Assembly (NCBI GenBank): GCA_964370545.1
Contig: CAYJJQ010000004.1
Span: 1 to 63,372, forward strand
Reading direction: 5' to 3'
DNA: 63,372 bases
Origin: an uncultured Muribaculaceae bacterium
GTDB lineage: Bacteria; Bacillota_I; Bacilli_A; RF39; UBA660
Translations under genes and position numbers: made by a program
Shown: positions 37,107 to 47,762 of the stretch, piece after piece
Layout: each line of letters starts with the position of its first letter
Numbering within the stretch: position 1 is the first letter of the stretch
Notes under the pieces: generated by a model
Seen by the model: the letters and a program-made list of their open reading frames with translations, nothing else
The model's database searches: none
Told to the model about the DNA's origin: nothing

Positions 37107-38327
37107 ATGAGAAAAAGATTTAAAATACCGCTATCTTTCATATCGTTTTTAATTATAGGAGTAGGAATATTTATTGGACTTTATTATTTATATATGCAAT
37201 ATATAAATAATAGCGAAATAGTAGTAGAAAATATGCTTTCTATAAATTATGAAGATAGTCAAAAAATTAGTGAAAATAACTACGATGATGTTAAATTTAC
37301 AGTAACTAATAGTGGTTCTGAAATTGAATATTATTATATAGCCTTTAATGGAATAGAAACCACTAAAGATTTTTCTTATGTATTAGAGTCAGATGATGAT
37401 ACTTATGAAGGAATAGTAAAAAATGGAACAATAGTTGAGAAAATATCTATTAATCCAGGAGATACTAAAAAGTATGTTTTAAATATAGAGTATGAAAAAA
37501 AATATGTTCTTAATGGAATAATAGAAGTAAAAAATATATATAATAATAAAGTTAATTTTAATGACTTATTAATAGAAAATAACCCTCCTAAAGAAGAGCC
37601 TTTAACTACTATAGGTAAAGAGGTAAGTAATACTGATGAGGGCTTAATTAAAGAATATACGGAAGATGGAACTACTTATTATTTTAGAGGTAATGTAACT
37701 AATAATTATGTGAGTTTTGCAGATTATACATGGAGAGTTGTTAGAATAAATGAAGATAATAGTGTTAAGTTAGTGCTTGATAATAATATAGATGTAATAT
37801 CAAGTTATTATATAAGCGGAGAATCGTATTCATATAGTGAAAGTAAAATTAGCTTAGAATTAGATTCTTGGTTTCAAAATAATTTAAATACATATTCAGA
37901 TATAATTACTAATTATAACTTTTGTGAAGATAATACACTAGTTAATTCACAGCTTAATACTTATGCTGCTTATAATAGAGCAGTAGATAGCAAAGTAGCT
38001 ACTTATAGCTGTTTAGGACAAACGCATAATCTTAAAATAGGACTTTTAACTATAGATGAAGTCCTATATGCAGGTGCATCATATAATTCTGGTGCTAGTG
38101 AGTATTACTTAAATAATGCTGATTTATCTGAAGAGTTTTATTTAATGAGTCCTGCTTCAATAAGTGGAAATAGTTATTATCCATTTGTAGTAAGTAAAGA
38201 TGGAGTTATAAAAACAAGTGTTATAGGAACATCTTTTAAAGGTATTAGACCAGTTATAAATGTAATAGGTAATGTAGTAATTACAGGTGAAGGTACTAAG
38301 GATAACCCTTATGTAATAAACATGTAA
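37107..38327 (+). CDS. Membrane-anchored extracellular protein, distant paralog of the DGR target family
   Basis: N-terminal TM. YYFRGNVTNNYVSFADYTWRVVRINEDNSVKLV parallels YRYTG..PNNYIWFNDELWRIIGVFD...LVKII. The C-terminal FKGIRPVINV...TGEGTKDNPYVI parallels YASRPVLYLK...GGTGSEADPFIV. Confidence 0.65.
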   Translation: MRKRFKIPLSFISFLIIGVGIFIGLYYLYMQYINNSEIVVENMLSINYEDSQKISENNYDDVKFTVTNSGSEIEYYYIAFNGIETTKDFSYVLESDDDTYEGIVKNGTIVEKISINPGDTKKYVLNIEYEKKYVLNGIIEVKNIYNNKVNFNDLLIENNPPKEEPLTTIGKEVSNTDEGLIKEYTEDGTTYYFRGNVTNNYVSFADYTWRVVRINEDNSVKLVLDNNIDVISSYYISGESYSYSESKISLELDSWFQNNLNTYSDIITNYNFCEDNTLVNSQLNTYAAYNRAVDSKVATYSCLGQTHNLKIGLLTIDEVLYAGASYNSGASEYYLNNADLSEEFYLMSPASISGNSYYPFVVSKDGVIKTSVIGTSFKGIRPVINVIGNVVITGEGTKDNPYVINM

Positions 38328-38389
38328 AGTAATATTTTTATGATAAAAATATTACTAGTTTATGATAAAATAAAGTCATAGGAGATAAT

Positions 38390-38863
38390 ATGTCTATAGT
38401 TGATAGTATAATAGCATTTTTAAATACTTTAACAATTATTGATTTTTTGTTCTTTTTTGCTGTTATATTATTACTTGTTTTAATAGTATCTCTTGTATAT
38501 TTTATTAAAGTAAATGAAGATGTATTAATGCCTTCGAGACCTAAAAGTGAACTTGAAATTATCAATGAAGCACTATTAAGCGAAACTAAAAAAGCTGAAT
38601 CAAGTTTTAATTCTTTTGAAAAAGAACAAGAAGATAAAGCAATAATAAGTTATGAAGAATTAGTTAAGAAAAATAAAAATTATGATCTTAATTATACTCA
38701 AGAAATAGACGTAGACGGAATAATGGTTAAAAAAGTTGATTTAGAAAATCTAACTCATGAAACTACAAATGATATACCAATGACTACTGTAAGAGTTATT
38801 AGTTATAAGAAAGAAGAAGAATTTTTACAGACACTTAAAAATTTGCAAAATTTACTTAACTAG
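38390..38863 (+). CDS. Hypothetical single-pass membrane protein (157 aa)
   Basis: ORF with an AGGAGA RBS and an N-terminal TM helix. Confidence 0.5.
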   Translation: MSIVDSIIAFLNTLTIIDFLFFFAVILLLVLIVSLVYFIKVNEDVLMPSRPKSELEIINEALLSETKKAESSFNSFEKEQEDKAIISYEELVKKNKNYDLNYTQEIDVDGIMVKKVDLENLTHETTNDIPMTTVRVISYKKEEEFLQTLKNLQNLLN

Positions 38864-38872
38864 GGGGAAATA

Positions 38873-40105
38873 ATGTTATTTTATATAAAAACTTTAGGTT
38901 GTAAAGTTAATACTTATGAATCAAATTATATTAAAGAAACTCTTATTAATAAGGGTTTCTTTGAAACTGATATAATATCTAAAGCTGATGTATTAATACT
39001 TAATACATGTTCAGTAACTAATACTGCTGATAATAAAAGTTTAAAAACTGCTAAATCTTTAAGAAAAGAAAATAATAAAGCTATATTAATAATATGTGGA
39101 TGCAGTACTCAAAATAGTCATGATGAGTTTACTAAAGCAGGAGCTAATATTATTATAGGAACTCATAATAAAAGTAAAATATATGAATTTATTATGGCAT
39201 ATAAAGAAGATACATATATAAATATATGTAATAATTCTAATATAGAATTTGAAGATATGGAACTTAGTTCTTTTGAACAAGTAAGAGCATACATTAAAAT
39301 TCAAGATGGCTGTAATAATTATTGTTCATATTGTATCATCCCTTATGTAAGGGGTAATATAAGATTTAAAGATTATAATAAAGTAATAAAAGAAGCTACT
39401 AAACTAGCTTCTAAAGGATTTAAAGAAATAGTTCTTACAGGTATTCATACTGGTAGTTATCCTAATTTAGTGAATTTAATAAACGATATAAGTAATATAA
39501 AAGGTATATGTAATATTAGGTTGTCCTCAATAGAAATAACAGAACTTACAGAAGATTTTTTCAATCTTCTTAAAAATAATAAAGTATTTTGTAATAGTCT
39601 TCATATACCTCTGCAAGCGGGAAGTAATATTGTTCTTAAGAAAATGAATAGAAAATATAATAAAGAGTATTTTGAAAATATAATAAACAAAATAAGAAGT
39701 ATTAGAAAAGATATTTATATATCTACTGATGTTATAGTAGGACATCCTTATGAAACAGAAGAATTATTTTTAGAAAGTTTAGAGTTTTGTAAAAAATTAA
39801 ACTTTGCTAAAATACATGTATTTCCTTATTCTAAAAGAAGAGGTACTGCAGCATACAATATGGAAAATCATGTGAGTGACGTAGATAAGAAATTAAGAAG
39901 TAAAGAGTTAATAAAGCTTAATAATACATTAGAAAAATCTTATAAAAATAAATTTATTGGTAAATCATTTGATGTACTTATAGAATCTAAAAAAGATAAT
40001 TACTATATAGGTCATACAAGTAATTTTATAAAAGTAAAAATAAATGGTAATTATAATGTTAATGATATTGTAAATATTACGATAAATAAAGAAAATATTT
40101 TATAA
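38873..40105 (+). CDS. mtaB: MiaB-like tRNA methylthiotransferase (MtaB-type radical SAM enzyme)
   Basis: N-terminal UPF0004 domain (TLGCKVNTYES), radical SAM CNNYCSYC and a C-terminal TRAM-like region. Confidence 0.8.
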   Translation: MLFYIKTLGCKVNTYESNYIKETLINKGFFETDIISKADVLILNTCSVTNTADNKSLKTAKSLRKENNKAILIICGCSTQNSHDEFTKAGANIIIGTHNKSKIYEFIMAYKEDTYINICNNSNIEFEDMELSSFEQVRAYIKIQDGCNNYCSYCIIPYVRGNIRFKDYNKVIKEATKLASKGFKEIVLTGIHTGSYPNLVNLINDISNIKGICNIRLSSIEITELTEDFFNLLKNNKVFCNSLHIPLQAGSNIVLKKMNRKYNKEYFENIINKIRSIRKDIYISTDVIVGHPYETEELFLESLEFCKKLNFAKIHVFPYSKRRGTAAYNMENHVSDVDKKLRSKELIKLNNTLEKSYKNKFIGKSFDVLIESKKDNYYIGHTSNFIKVKINGNYNVNDIVNITINKENIL

Positions 40106-40132
40106 ATATGGTATAGTATAGTAGAGGTTAAT

Positions 40133-40756
40133 ATGAAAAAAGAATATGATAGTGAAACTCTTAGAAGTAATCTTAGTAGTAATTCACTTAAAAATAAAAG
40201 AGTGAGAAAAACAAAAAGTAAATATAAAAAAGAAAGAGTAGCAATATTAATTGCTACAGGTGTCTTTTTAGCAGCATCGTTTGGAAAAGGTGTGCACGAT
40301 GTAATTAAACTAGTAGATCATGGATCTGACTTAAAAGATGCATATGAAGATATGCAAGAAATGGTAATTGATAATAAGCATATAGCATCTTATGATGCCA
40401 TGCATTCAGGTGCTCCGTCTGTATACTTTGATTTTGAAGATATAGCTAAAGAAATAGTAGCTAAACTTGAAGAAGAAGGAAGACTAACTAAAATTGACTT
40501 ACTATGGGAAATCTATAAAAGTGATCAGTTTATAGATGGGTATTCATATGAACATGAAGGTCTTACAAATATGGATGTAATGACTAAAGAAGTATTTAAA
40601 TTAGTAAATAATGAAACTATTCCTAAATATGAATCATTTAAAGCTGTAGTAGAAAGTTTATATGAAGAATATGGTTATGCGAATGATAAAGAAGAGTTTA
40701 GTAAATTTGCAGAAAAGTTTATTATAGATGAGCATAACGCTAAGAAAGGATTATAA
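40133..40756 (+). CDS. Hypothetical membrane-anchored protein (207 aa)
   Basis: Basic N-terminus plus one TM; no family recognised. Confidence 0.5.
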   Translation: MKKEYDSETLRSNLSSNSLKNKRVRKTKSKYKKERVAILIATGVFLAASFGKGVHDVIKLVDHGSDLKDAYEDMQEMVIDNKHIASYDAMHSGAPSVYFDFEDIAKEIVAKLEEEGRLTKIDLLWEIYKSDQFIDGYSYEHEGLTNMDVMTKEVFKLVNNETIPKYESFKAVVESLYEEYGYANDKEEFSKFAEKFIIDEHNAKKGL

Positions 40757-40974
40757 TGGAAACTATTGAAGTAGAAAAAGTAATCTTAGATGATAATAAA
40801 GAATATTTTATTGTAGATAAAATACATACTTATGTATATTTTGCAAAGGTTGATAACCCAGATGAAATATGTATAAGAAAAGAAGTAAGTGATTACTATG
40901 TAGGGTTAGATGATGAAATAGATTTAAACATAGCACTTAATTTATTTAAAGAAAAGCACAAAAAAAGCGAGTAA
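40756..40974 (+). CDS. Small acidic protein, DUF1292-like
   Basis: 72 aa; the pattern ..ILDDNKEYFIVDKI......YFAKVDNPDE resembles the UPF0473/DUF1292 family. Confidence 0.45.
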   Translation: METIEVEKVILDDNKEYFIVDKIHTYVYFAKVDNPDEICIRKEVSDYYVGLDDEIDLNIALNLFKEKHKKSE

Positions 40975-40986
40975 ATCGCTTTTTTT
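40964..40986. terminator. Bidirectional terminator
   Basis: aaagcga-gtaaa-tcgcttt hairpin flanked by an A run and a T run, between convergent genes. Confidence 0.65.
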
Positions 40987-40992
40987 AATTAA

Positions 40993-41367
40993 TTATCTTA
41001 CTTTTCCGTTTGTAATAACACTGTTTTCTATTATAGAATAACTTTCTTGTAATCTATCAACTAAAAGATGACGATTATTTTGGAAAGTATAATCCATAGA
41101 AGATATTGCTGTAGAGATTTTTTCTTCATCAGTTAATTCATCATTACTTAATGAAATTAAACAATCAGCTGACATTGTAGCTAATATTTTTAAATAAGCA
41201 TCAGCAGTCTCATTACAAATAAACCAATTTTTATAAGATGGTCTTACAAATCCAAAAAAAAGTAATTGATCTTGATTTATATTAAACCAATTAGTTAATT
41301 CTTTAGAACTAGTAATTAAACTTTCATATGGTGCAAATATTGGATCTAAAATTAAATTTGTTTCCAT
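40993..41367 (-). CDS. Hypothetical protein (124 aa)
   Basis: ORF with a GGGGGAAAA RBS; no family recognised. Confidence 0.5.
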   Translation of the reverse strand: METNLILDPIFAPYESLITSSKELTNWFNINQDQLLFFGFVRPSYKNWFICNETADAYLKILATMSADCLISLSNDELTDEEKISTAISSMDYTFQNNRHLLVDRLQESYSIIENSVITNGKVR

Positions 41368-41493
41368 AGTTATTTTTCCCCCTAACTGTTATAATTGTAA
41401 CATAATGACTACAAAAAGTCAATATTTTATTTCATAACTTAATAACTTTAAAAATGCTTTTTTTTATGCTTAATAAATGCTATAATTTTCTAT

Positions 41494-43677
41494 ATGGAGA
41501 CTCATGTGGAAAATATAACAGGAAAAATAACTAAAATAATATATCAAAATGAAGAAAATAACTACACAGTAGCACTTTTTAAACCAACAGAAGAATTTAA
41601 AGATATTAAATCACTAAGAATAGTGGGTTATTTTTATGATATTAAATTATATGTTCAAGTAAGTATTACTGGTGAATTTACATTTAATGAAAAATATTCA
41701 TCTAGTCAGTTTGATGTAAATAGTTATGAATATATACTGCCTACAACTAAAGAAAAAATAATAGATTTTCTAGGAAGTTCGTTTATTACTGGTTGCGGTA
41801 AAAAAACAGCTGAAAAACTATATGAGTTATATAAAGAAGATACTTTAAATGCTATTAAAGATATAACTAATATACTTAAAGTAGATGGAATTAATGAAAA
41901 GAAGGCTAATCAAATACATTCATCTATGATTAAATATGATGGTCAAAAAGATTTGATTGAAAAACTTACTAAAACAGGATTTCTTATTGAAGATATATCT
42001 AAAATAATTAATAAGTATAAAGATAAAACAGAACATATTATTGAATCTGATTTTTATGCACTAAAAGAAATAATAGATTTTAATAAATTAGATAATATAT
42101 ATTTAAAAACTAAATGTAAAGATGATAAGAATAGATTATACCATTTAATACTAGAGGTAATGAAATATATTTCTTTTAGTGAAGGTCATATATATTATTC
42201 TAATAATATAATAATAAAATATTTAGAAAGTTTATATAATATATCGCTTAATATTGAATCTTATGAAGAAATTATTAATATTTTACTTGAGGATAATGAA
42301 ATAATAATAGAGTCTGATAAAATATATTTAAAAGAATATTATGAAGCAGAAGAAACAATTGCTTATAAACTTAAATCATTATTATCTAATGAAATACCTA
42401 AAATAGAAGATTTTGATAATAAAATAAATAACTTAGAAAGTATGCTTAATATTACCTATGATGATGTACAAAAAAAAGCTATTAAGACAGCTCTTAACAG
42501 TAATGTATCAATTATATCAGGAGGACCTGGAACAGGTAAAACAACTATCTTAAATGCAATAATAAAGTTATATGTATCAGAAAATAAATTAAGACCAATA
42601 GATGTCATTAGTAATATTGCTCTAGTAGCTCCTACAGGTAGAGCTTCTAAAAAGATGTCTAGCGCTACTACTTATAGTGCATATACTATTCATAGATATT
42701 TAAAATGGTTTAAAGAAAATGATACATTTACATACAATGAATATAATCAAACATGTCAAAAGTTAGTAGTTATAGATGAAGCTTCAATGATTGATTTAAA
42801 GTTATTCTCAGCACTCTTATCAGCTCTTAAAGATGATGCGCAAATTATATTAGTGGGAGATGAATTTCAGCTCCCAAGTGTAGGAGCAGGACAAGTTCTT
42901 AATAATTTAATTAAAAGTGAATTATTTAATTTTATAAACTTAACAAAAATATATAGACAAAGTGATAATTCATTTATACCTTATTTAGCAAAACAAATAA
43001 AAGATGTAGAACTTGATGAAGAAATACTTTCTAAAAAAGATGATTATAATTTTATTATGTGTGATAACACAAATTTAAGAAATATGATTAAAATGGTTAC
43101 TTTAAATGCTAAAGAAAAAGCAATAAATGAAGATAACATGCAAATATTAGTACCTATGTATAAAGGTGATAATGGTATAGATTCCTTAAATCTATTACTA
43201 AGGGATATTTATAATCCTAGAGATTATGAGAAAAAAGAAATATTATTTAATGATATTACTTATAGGGAAAAAGATAAAGTAATACAGCTATCTAATGATC
43301 CTGATAATAATATATTTAATGGTGATATAGGTTATATATCAAATATAGATAACTCTGTTAAAGGAAATATTACTATTGATTTCGAAGATACTATAGTGCA
43401 TATAGATAAAAAAAGTTTAAAAAATATTAAACATGCTTATGCAATATCAATTCATAAAAGTCAAGGTAGTGAATTTGATCATGTAATTATACCTATAGTA
43501 AAAGATTACTTTGTAATGATGTATAATAAATTACTTTATACAGGTGTATCTAGAGCAAAAAAATCTTTAATACTACTTGGAGATCCCCAAATTTTTTCTA
43601 AAGGTGTTAGAAATAATAAAGCAGATACAAGAAACTCTAGTTTAACTGAAAAACTTATTAGTATAATATGTAATTAA
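41494..43677 (+). CDS. recD2: ATP-dependent RecD-like DNA helicase (RecD2)
   Basis: 727 aa with Walker A GGPGTGKTT, Walker B VIDEASM, LVGDEFQLPSVGAG, and C-terminal SIHKSQGSEF and YTGVSRAK motifs. Confidence 0.9.
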   Translation: METHVENITGKITKIIYQNEENNYTVALFKPTEEFKDIKSLRIVGYFYDIKLYVQVSITGEFTFNEKYSSSQFDVNSYEYILPTTKEKIIDFLGSSFITGCGKKTAEKLYELYKEDTLNAIKDITNILKVDGINEKKANQIHSSMIKYDGQKDLIEKLTKTGFLIEDISKIINKYKDKTEHIIESDFYALKEIIDFNKLDNIYLKTKCKDDKNRLYHLILEVMKYISFSEGHIYYSNNIIIKYLESLYNISLNIESYEEIINILLEDNEIIIESDKIYLKEYYEAEETIAYKLKSLLSNEIPKIEDFDNKINNLESMLNITYDDVQKKAIKTALNSNVSIISGGPGTGKTTILNAIIKLYVSENKLRPIDVISNIALVAPTGRASKKMSSATTYSAYTIHRYLKWFKENDTFTYNEYNQTCQKLVVIDEASMIDLKLFSALLSALKDDAQIILVGDEFQLPSVGAGQVLNNLIKSELFNFINLTKIYRQSDNSFIPYLAKQIKDVELDEEILSKKDDYNFIMCDNTNLRNMIKMVTLNAKEKAINEDNMQILVPMYKGDNGIDSLNLLLRDIYNPRDYEKKEILFNDITYREKDKVIQLSNDPDNNIFNGDIGYISNIDNSVKGNITIDFEDTIVHIDKKSLKNIKHAYAISIHKSQGSEFDHVIIPIVKDYFVMMYNKLLYTGVSRAKKSLILLGDPQIFSKGVRNNKADTRNSSLTEKLISIICN

Positions 43678-43705
43678 TATTCCATAATATTACTGAGGTG
43701 TTAAA

Positions 43706-43873
43706 ATGAAAAAAAGTACTCTTGTTTATAGTGGTATGGCAGCAGCAGCCGCTGCTGGTACAGCCATGTATCTAATGAAAAATAAGAAAGCTAGAGATAA
43801 AGCAGCAGCATACTTAGAAATGGCTGTATCGGATGCATCTGATTTCATAGCAGATAAAACAAATATGAAATAA
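43706..43873 (+). CDS. Small (55 aa) YtxH-like / Ala-rich membrane-associated protein
   Basis: GAGGTG RBS. MKKSTLVYSGMAAAAAAGTAMYLMKNKKARDKAAAYLE.... Followed by a strong terminator. Below the ORF-track cutoff. Confidence 0.55.
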   Translation: MKKSTLVYSGMAAAAAAGTAMYLMKNKKARDKAAAYLEMAVSDASDFIADKTNMK

Positions 43874-43898
43874 CAAAGCAAAATGCTTTGTTTTTTTT
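43874..43898 (+). terminator. Rho-independent terminator
   Basis: caaagca-aaa-tgctttg plus 8 T. Confidence 0.8.
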
Positions 43899-43934
43899 AT
43901 GATATTTGATAAAATGAAATAAAGTGAGGTAAAA

Positions 43935-44945
43935 ATGTCTAAAACTATTAAAAGTATAGTTACTGAAGAATTTAATGTAGTGAAAACAAATTTAAATAAC
44001 TTTAAAGGTAACTATGAACAATTTTATGATAATAAAAAGGAAAAAATTAGTGATATAAGTTTACCAGTAAAAATATTAATTAAGTACTTAGAATCATGTA
44101 AGAATAATAAAATATCTTCTACTGCTGATGAAATACTTGATATGAGGTTATCAGAAGAGTTTAAAGATTATGATGATGAAGAACTTATGATGATGGGACC
44201 ATTTAAACCATTAGAAGAAGAATTAATACTATTTATGAATTCAGGTATTCAAAAATACTTTGAAGATCATGGAAGTTTACTTACTAAAGAATTTGAATAT
44301 TTTCAAAGATTAGAAAAAAAACATAAATTTAAAGAAAGTACTAAATATGCTAAATTAGTAAATCATTTCATATTAGTATCTTTTGAAAATGCTACTAATG
44401 ATATACTTTCTATAACAAATGGGGAACTTGAAGAAACTTTAGTTAAATATTTTGAATATACTAAAATAAATCTTACTAAAGAAGATTTTGCAATATTTTT
44501 AAAAGATTTATATTTTAAAAATATTAGCAAAGCATTAGAAGAAATAGAAAAGTTACTTTCATTAAATGAATTTTCAGAACTTGAAAAATCATTATTTATT
44601 AAATTAATTAAAAAATTCATAGGTAATAAATTTCCAGTTTCTTCAGACAATTCTTTAGAAGATATTATAAAAAAATATAATACTGAAGATATTTTATCAA
44701 TTAATCCAAGTTTACTTAAACATAATATACTAGAAGTTATCTTAGAAACTAGAATTAATGCTTTAGAAGCAGAATTGACTTCTTTAGAAGTAAAACTAAG
44801 TGAACTAAGCCATAGATCATCATATGGTCATAAACAAGATATTCAAGAAGAAATAAAAGAGTGCAATATAGAAAAAGGTATGCTAAAAAAATATTTAAAT
44901 AGTCATACAGAATTAAAGCAAGTAGATGGAAGAAAACGTATTTAA
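43935..44945 (+). CDS. Hypothetical helical protein (336 aa)
   Basis: Long ORF with a GAGGTAAAA RBS that overlaps the xerC-like start; no family recognised. Confidence 0.5.
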   Translation: MSKTIKSIVTEEFNVVKTNLNNFKGNYEQFYDNKKEKISDISLPVKILIKYLESCKNNKISSTADEILDMRLSEEFKDYDDEELMMMGPFKPLEEELILFMNSGIQKYFEDHGSLLTKEFEYFQRLEKKHKFKESTKYAKLVNHFILVSFENATNDILSITNGELEETLVKYFEYTKINLTKEDFAIFLKDLYFKNISKALEEIEKLLSLNEFSELEKSLFIKLIKKFIGNKFPVSSDNSLEDIIKKYNTEDILSINPSLLKHNILEVILETRINALEAELTSLEVKLSELSHRSSYGHKQDIQEEIKECNIEKGMLKKYLNSHTELKQVDGRKRI

Positions 44946-45813
44946 ATATTTAACATATTTAGATAAAGAATTAAACTATTCAAGTGAGACTATTAAAAAT
45001 TATGAAATAGATTTAATTTACTTTAATAAATATTTAAATGAAAATAATTATAACTATTTAAAACTAACTAAAGATAATATTAGAAATTACTTAAAATACC
45101 TTGATAGTTTTAAACTAAGTAATAAAACTATCGCCAGAAAATTAAGTTCTCTTAGAAGCTACTATGATTATTTACTTGTAAATAATTATATAACTTCAAA
45201 TATATTTAGTGCTATAAGCAATCCTAAAGTGGAAAAGAAACTACCTAAAGTACTTAATTATGAAGAAATAGAAACTTTATTTGATAGTATAGATACTAAT
45301 ACTATTTATGGGGTTCGTAATAGGTTAATATTAGAATTAATTTATTCTAGTGGATTTAGATTAAGTGAAGTAATAAGTATTAAATTAAAAGATATAAATA
45401 AAGGTGACCTATCTATAAAAATAATGGGTAAAGGTTCTAAAGAAAGAGTAGTATACTATGGAGCATATGTAGCTAAGTATTTAGAATTATATTTAAATAA
45501 CTCTAGAAGCATACTATTAAATAATAAAACTAGTGAATATTTACTAATAAATAAATTTGGTAATCCATTGGGTAAATCTATGATAGAAAAAATAGTTAAA
45601 AATAGTGCTAAAGAAGTTTGCTTAAAACACAACATTAGCCCGCATACTTTAAGGCATTCATTTGCTACTCATCTACTTAATAGTGGTGCAGATATAAAAA
45701 CAGTACAAAACTTATTAGGACATGAAAGTTTAGGTACTACCCAAATATATACTCATGTATCAAATGATAGAATAAAAGAAGTTTATTTAAAGACTCATCC
45801 GAGAGAAAAATAA
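44926..45813 (+). CDS. xerC: Tyrosine recombinase, XerC-like
   Basis: R...HTLRHSFATHLLNSGADIKTVQNLLGHESLGTTQIYTH catalytic motifs, 295 aa. Confidence 0.8.
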   Translation: MEENVFKYLTYLDKELNYSSETIKNYEIDLIYFNKYLNENNYNYLKLTKDNIRNYLKYLDSFKLSNKTIARKLSSLRSYYDYLLVNNYITSNIFSAISNPKVEKKLPKVLNYEEIETLFDSIDTNTIYGVRNRLILELIYSSGFRLSEVISIKLKDINKGDLSIKIMGKGSKERVVYYGAYVAKYLELYLNNSRSILLNNKTSEYLLINKFGNPLGKSMIEKIVKNSAKEVCLKHNISPHTLRHSFATHLLNSGADIKTVQNLLGHESLGTTQIYTHVSNDRIKEVYLKTHPREK

Positions 45814-45829
45814 TAAAAAGGAGTTTGTA

Positions 45830-46537
45830 ATGTATAAAATAAATAATAAAAATATTCAAAAATCACTTTATTTTCCATTAGCTTTTTGTTTGGTGTCAAT
45901 ATTCTTTATAGCACTTTTTTCATATGTGTTTTTCTTAGGTCCAATAAAAAAACAATCAATGGATAGTACTACAGAAGCCAAAGATATTATTGTTTATCAA
46001 ATTGGAGATGATGTTTTTGATAGAGATGAATTAACTTATCAAGCTGAATATATTTATGAAGTGGATGGTGAAGAATATATTTGCAACAGATTATTTATTA
46101 CCTCTTCAAGACCGGATTTAGGTAATAAAACTGTTCATTATGTATCTTCTAATCCTGGCGACTGCATCCCCGATGAAGATGCATCTTTATCTGTTTATAG
46201 TATATTTTTATTACTTTTATTATTTATTTTTATAGGTAGCCTTATTTCAGTTGTTTCATATTTTAAAATTTTAAGAAAAAGAAAATATTTAGCTAAACAT
46301 GGTGATTTATTTAAGAATGTAGAATATAGAATTGAAAATTCCAATTATACTGTGCGAGGAAAAAGGGTAAAAAAATTTATTATAAGTGTAAAACTGCCAA
46401 ATGGTAATTTAATTAATCTTGAAAGCTATCCTCGATTTAAAGATTTACTTTATGATGATGATGGTAAAGTTGATTTATTAATTGATCCAAATGATTTAGA
46501 AAATTATTATATTGACTTAAACATAGAAAAAATATAA
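45830..46537 (+). CDS. Hypothetical two-TM membrane protein (235 aa)
   Basis: Two hydrophobic helices flanking a soluble domain; family not recognised with confidence. Confidence 0.5.
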   Translation: MYKINNKNIQKSLYFPLAFCLVSIFFIALFSYVFFLGPIKKQSMDSTTEAKDIIVYQIGDDVFDRDELTYQAEYIYEVDGEEYICNRLFITSSRPDLGNKTVHYVSSNPGDCIPDEDASLSVYSIFLLLLLFIFIGSLISVVSYFKILRKRKYLAKHGDLFKNVEYRIENSNYTVRGKRVKKFIISVKLPNGNLINLESYPRFKDLLYDDDGKVDLLIDPNDLENYYIDLNIEKI

Positions 46538-46546
46538 GAGGATAAT

Positions 46547-47725
46547 ATGATTTATGATGTAATTGTAGTGGGAGCAGGAGCTGCTGGATTAATGTTTTCT
46601 AATTTTATAGATAAAGATTTTAAAACATTAATCGTGGAGAAAAATGATAAACCAGGAAGAAAGTTAATGATTACTGGTGGGGGTAGATGTAATTTAACTA
46701 ATAATAAAGAAGTAAAAGAATTTTTAGAAAATGTTGAATATAACCATAAATATTTATATTCAGCTTTAACTAGATTTGGACCTAAAGATATAATGAATTA
46801 TATTAATATTCCTTTAAAAGAAGAAAAAGATAATCAAATATTTCCCAAATCAGATAAAGCAGGAGATGTTCTTAATTATTTACTTAATAATAAAAAATGT
46901 AATATTAATTCTAGTGAAACAGTAAGTGATATTACAAAGATAGATGATGTTTTTAATGTAGTTACTACTAAAGGGGAATATAAATCTCATAAAATAGTTA
47001 TAGCAACAGGAGGTTGTTCTTATCCTCATTTAGGAAGTAGCGGAGATCACTTAAAATTTGCTGAAAATTTTAATCAGGAAGTAACTCCTGTATTTCCAGC
47101 GGAAACTTCAATTTTAGTAAATAATTTAGATTATTTAGCAGGAACAGCATTTGATAAAGTAGAAATAAAATTAAATAAAAAAATATATACAGGTAACCTT
47201 ATATTCACCCATACTGGGCTGAGCGGAACATCTATTATGAAAATAAGTGAGCATGTATATTTAAATAATATAAAAGAAATTATTATTGATTATGTTCCGA
47301 AGGTTGATGTTTTAAAATATTTAGAAGATAATAAAGATAAAAATATAACAAATGTGTTAAATAAATTATTTACTAAAAAATTTAGTAGTTATTTATTAAC
47401 TAAAGTAAATATTAATCAAGAGTTAAATATAAAAAGTATTAATAAAAAAGATATACTTAATTTAGTAAATATAATTAAAGAAGATAAAATAAATATTTCT
47501 GGAGTTACAGATATAGCAAAAGCTTATGTAACAGGAGGAGGTATTAGTTTAAAGCAAATTGATATTAAAACTTTTGAATCTAAAACAGTAAAAAATATGT
47601 ATTATATAGGAGAAGCTTTAGATATACATGGTCCAATAGGCGGTTATAACTTAACTCTTGCTTTTTCAACAGCGTATAATTGTGCGAAAGCAATAAATGA
47701 AACCAAAGATTATTTTTGCAATTAA
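46547..47725 (+). CDS. NAD(P)/FAD-dependent oxidoreductase (HI0933/BaiN-like flavoprotein)
   Basis: YDVIVVGAGAAGLM dinucleotide motif, ITGGGRCNLTN, and a C-terminal GE.LD..G..GGYN motif. Confidence 0.75.
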   Translation: MIYDVIVVGAGAAGLMFSNFIDKDFKTLIVEKNDKPGRKLMITGGGRCNLTNNKEVKEFLENVEYNHKYLYSALTRFGPKDIMNYINIPLKEEKDNQIFPKSDKAGDVLNYLLNNKKCNINSSETVSDITKIDDVFNVVTTKGEYKSHKIVIATGGCSYPHLGSSGDHLKFAENFNQEVTPVFPAETSILVNNLDYLAGTAFDKVEIKLNKKIYTGNLIFTHTGLSGTSIMKISEHVYLNNIKEIIIDYVPKVDVLKYLEDNKDKNITNVLNKLFTKKFSSYLLTKVNINQELNIKSINKKDILNLVNIIKEDKINISGVTDIAKAYVTGGGISLKQIDIKTFESKTVKNMYYIGEALDIHGPIGGYNLTLAFSTAYNCAKAINETKDYFCN

Positions 47726-47762
47726 TCTTTTTTTAGGTTATAATATGTTTAGGTGATAAAAA

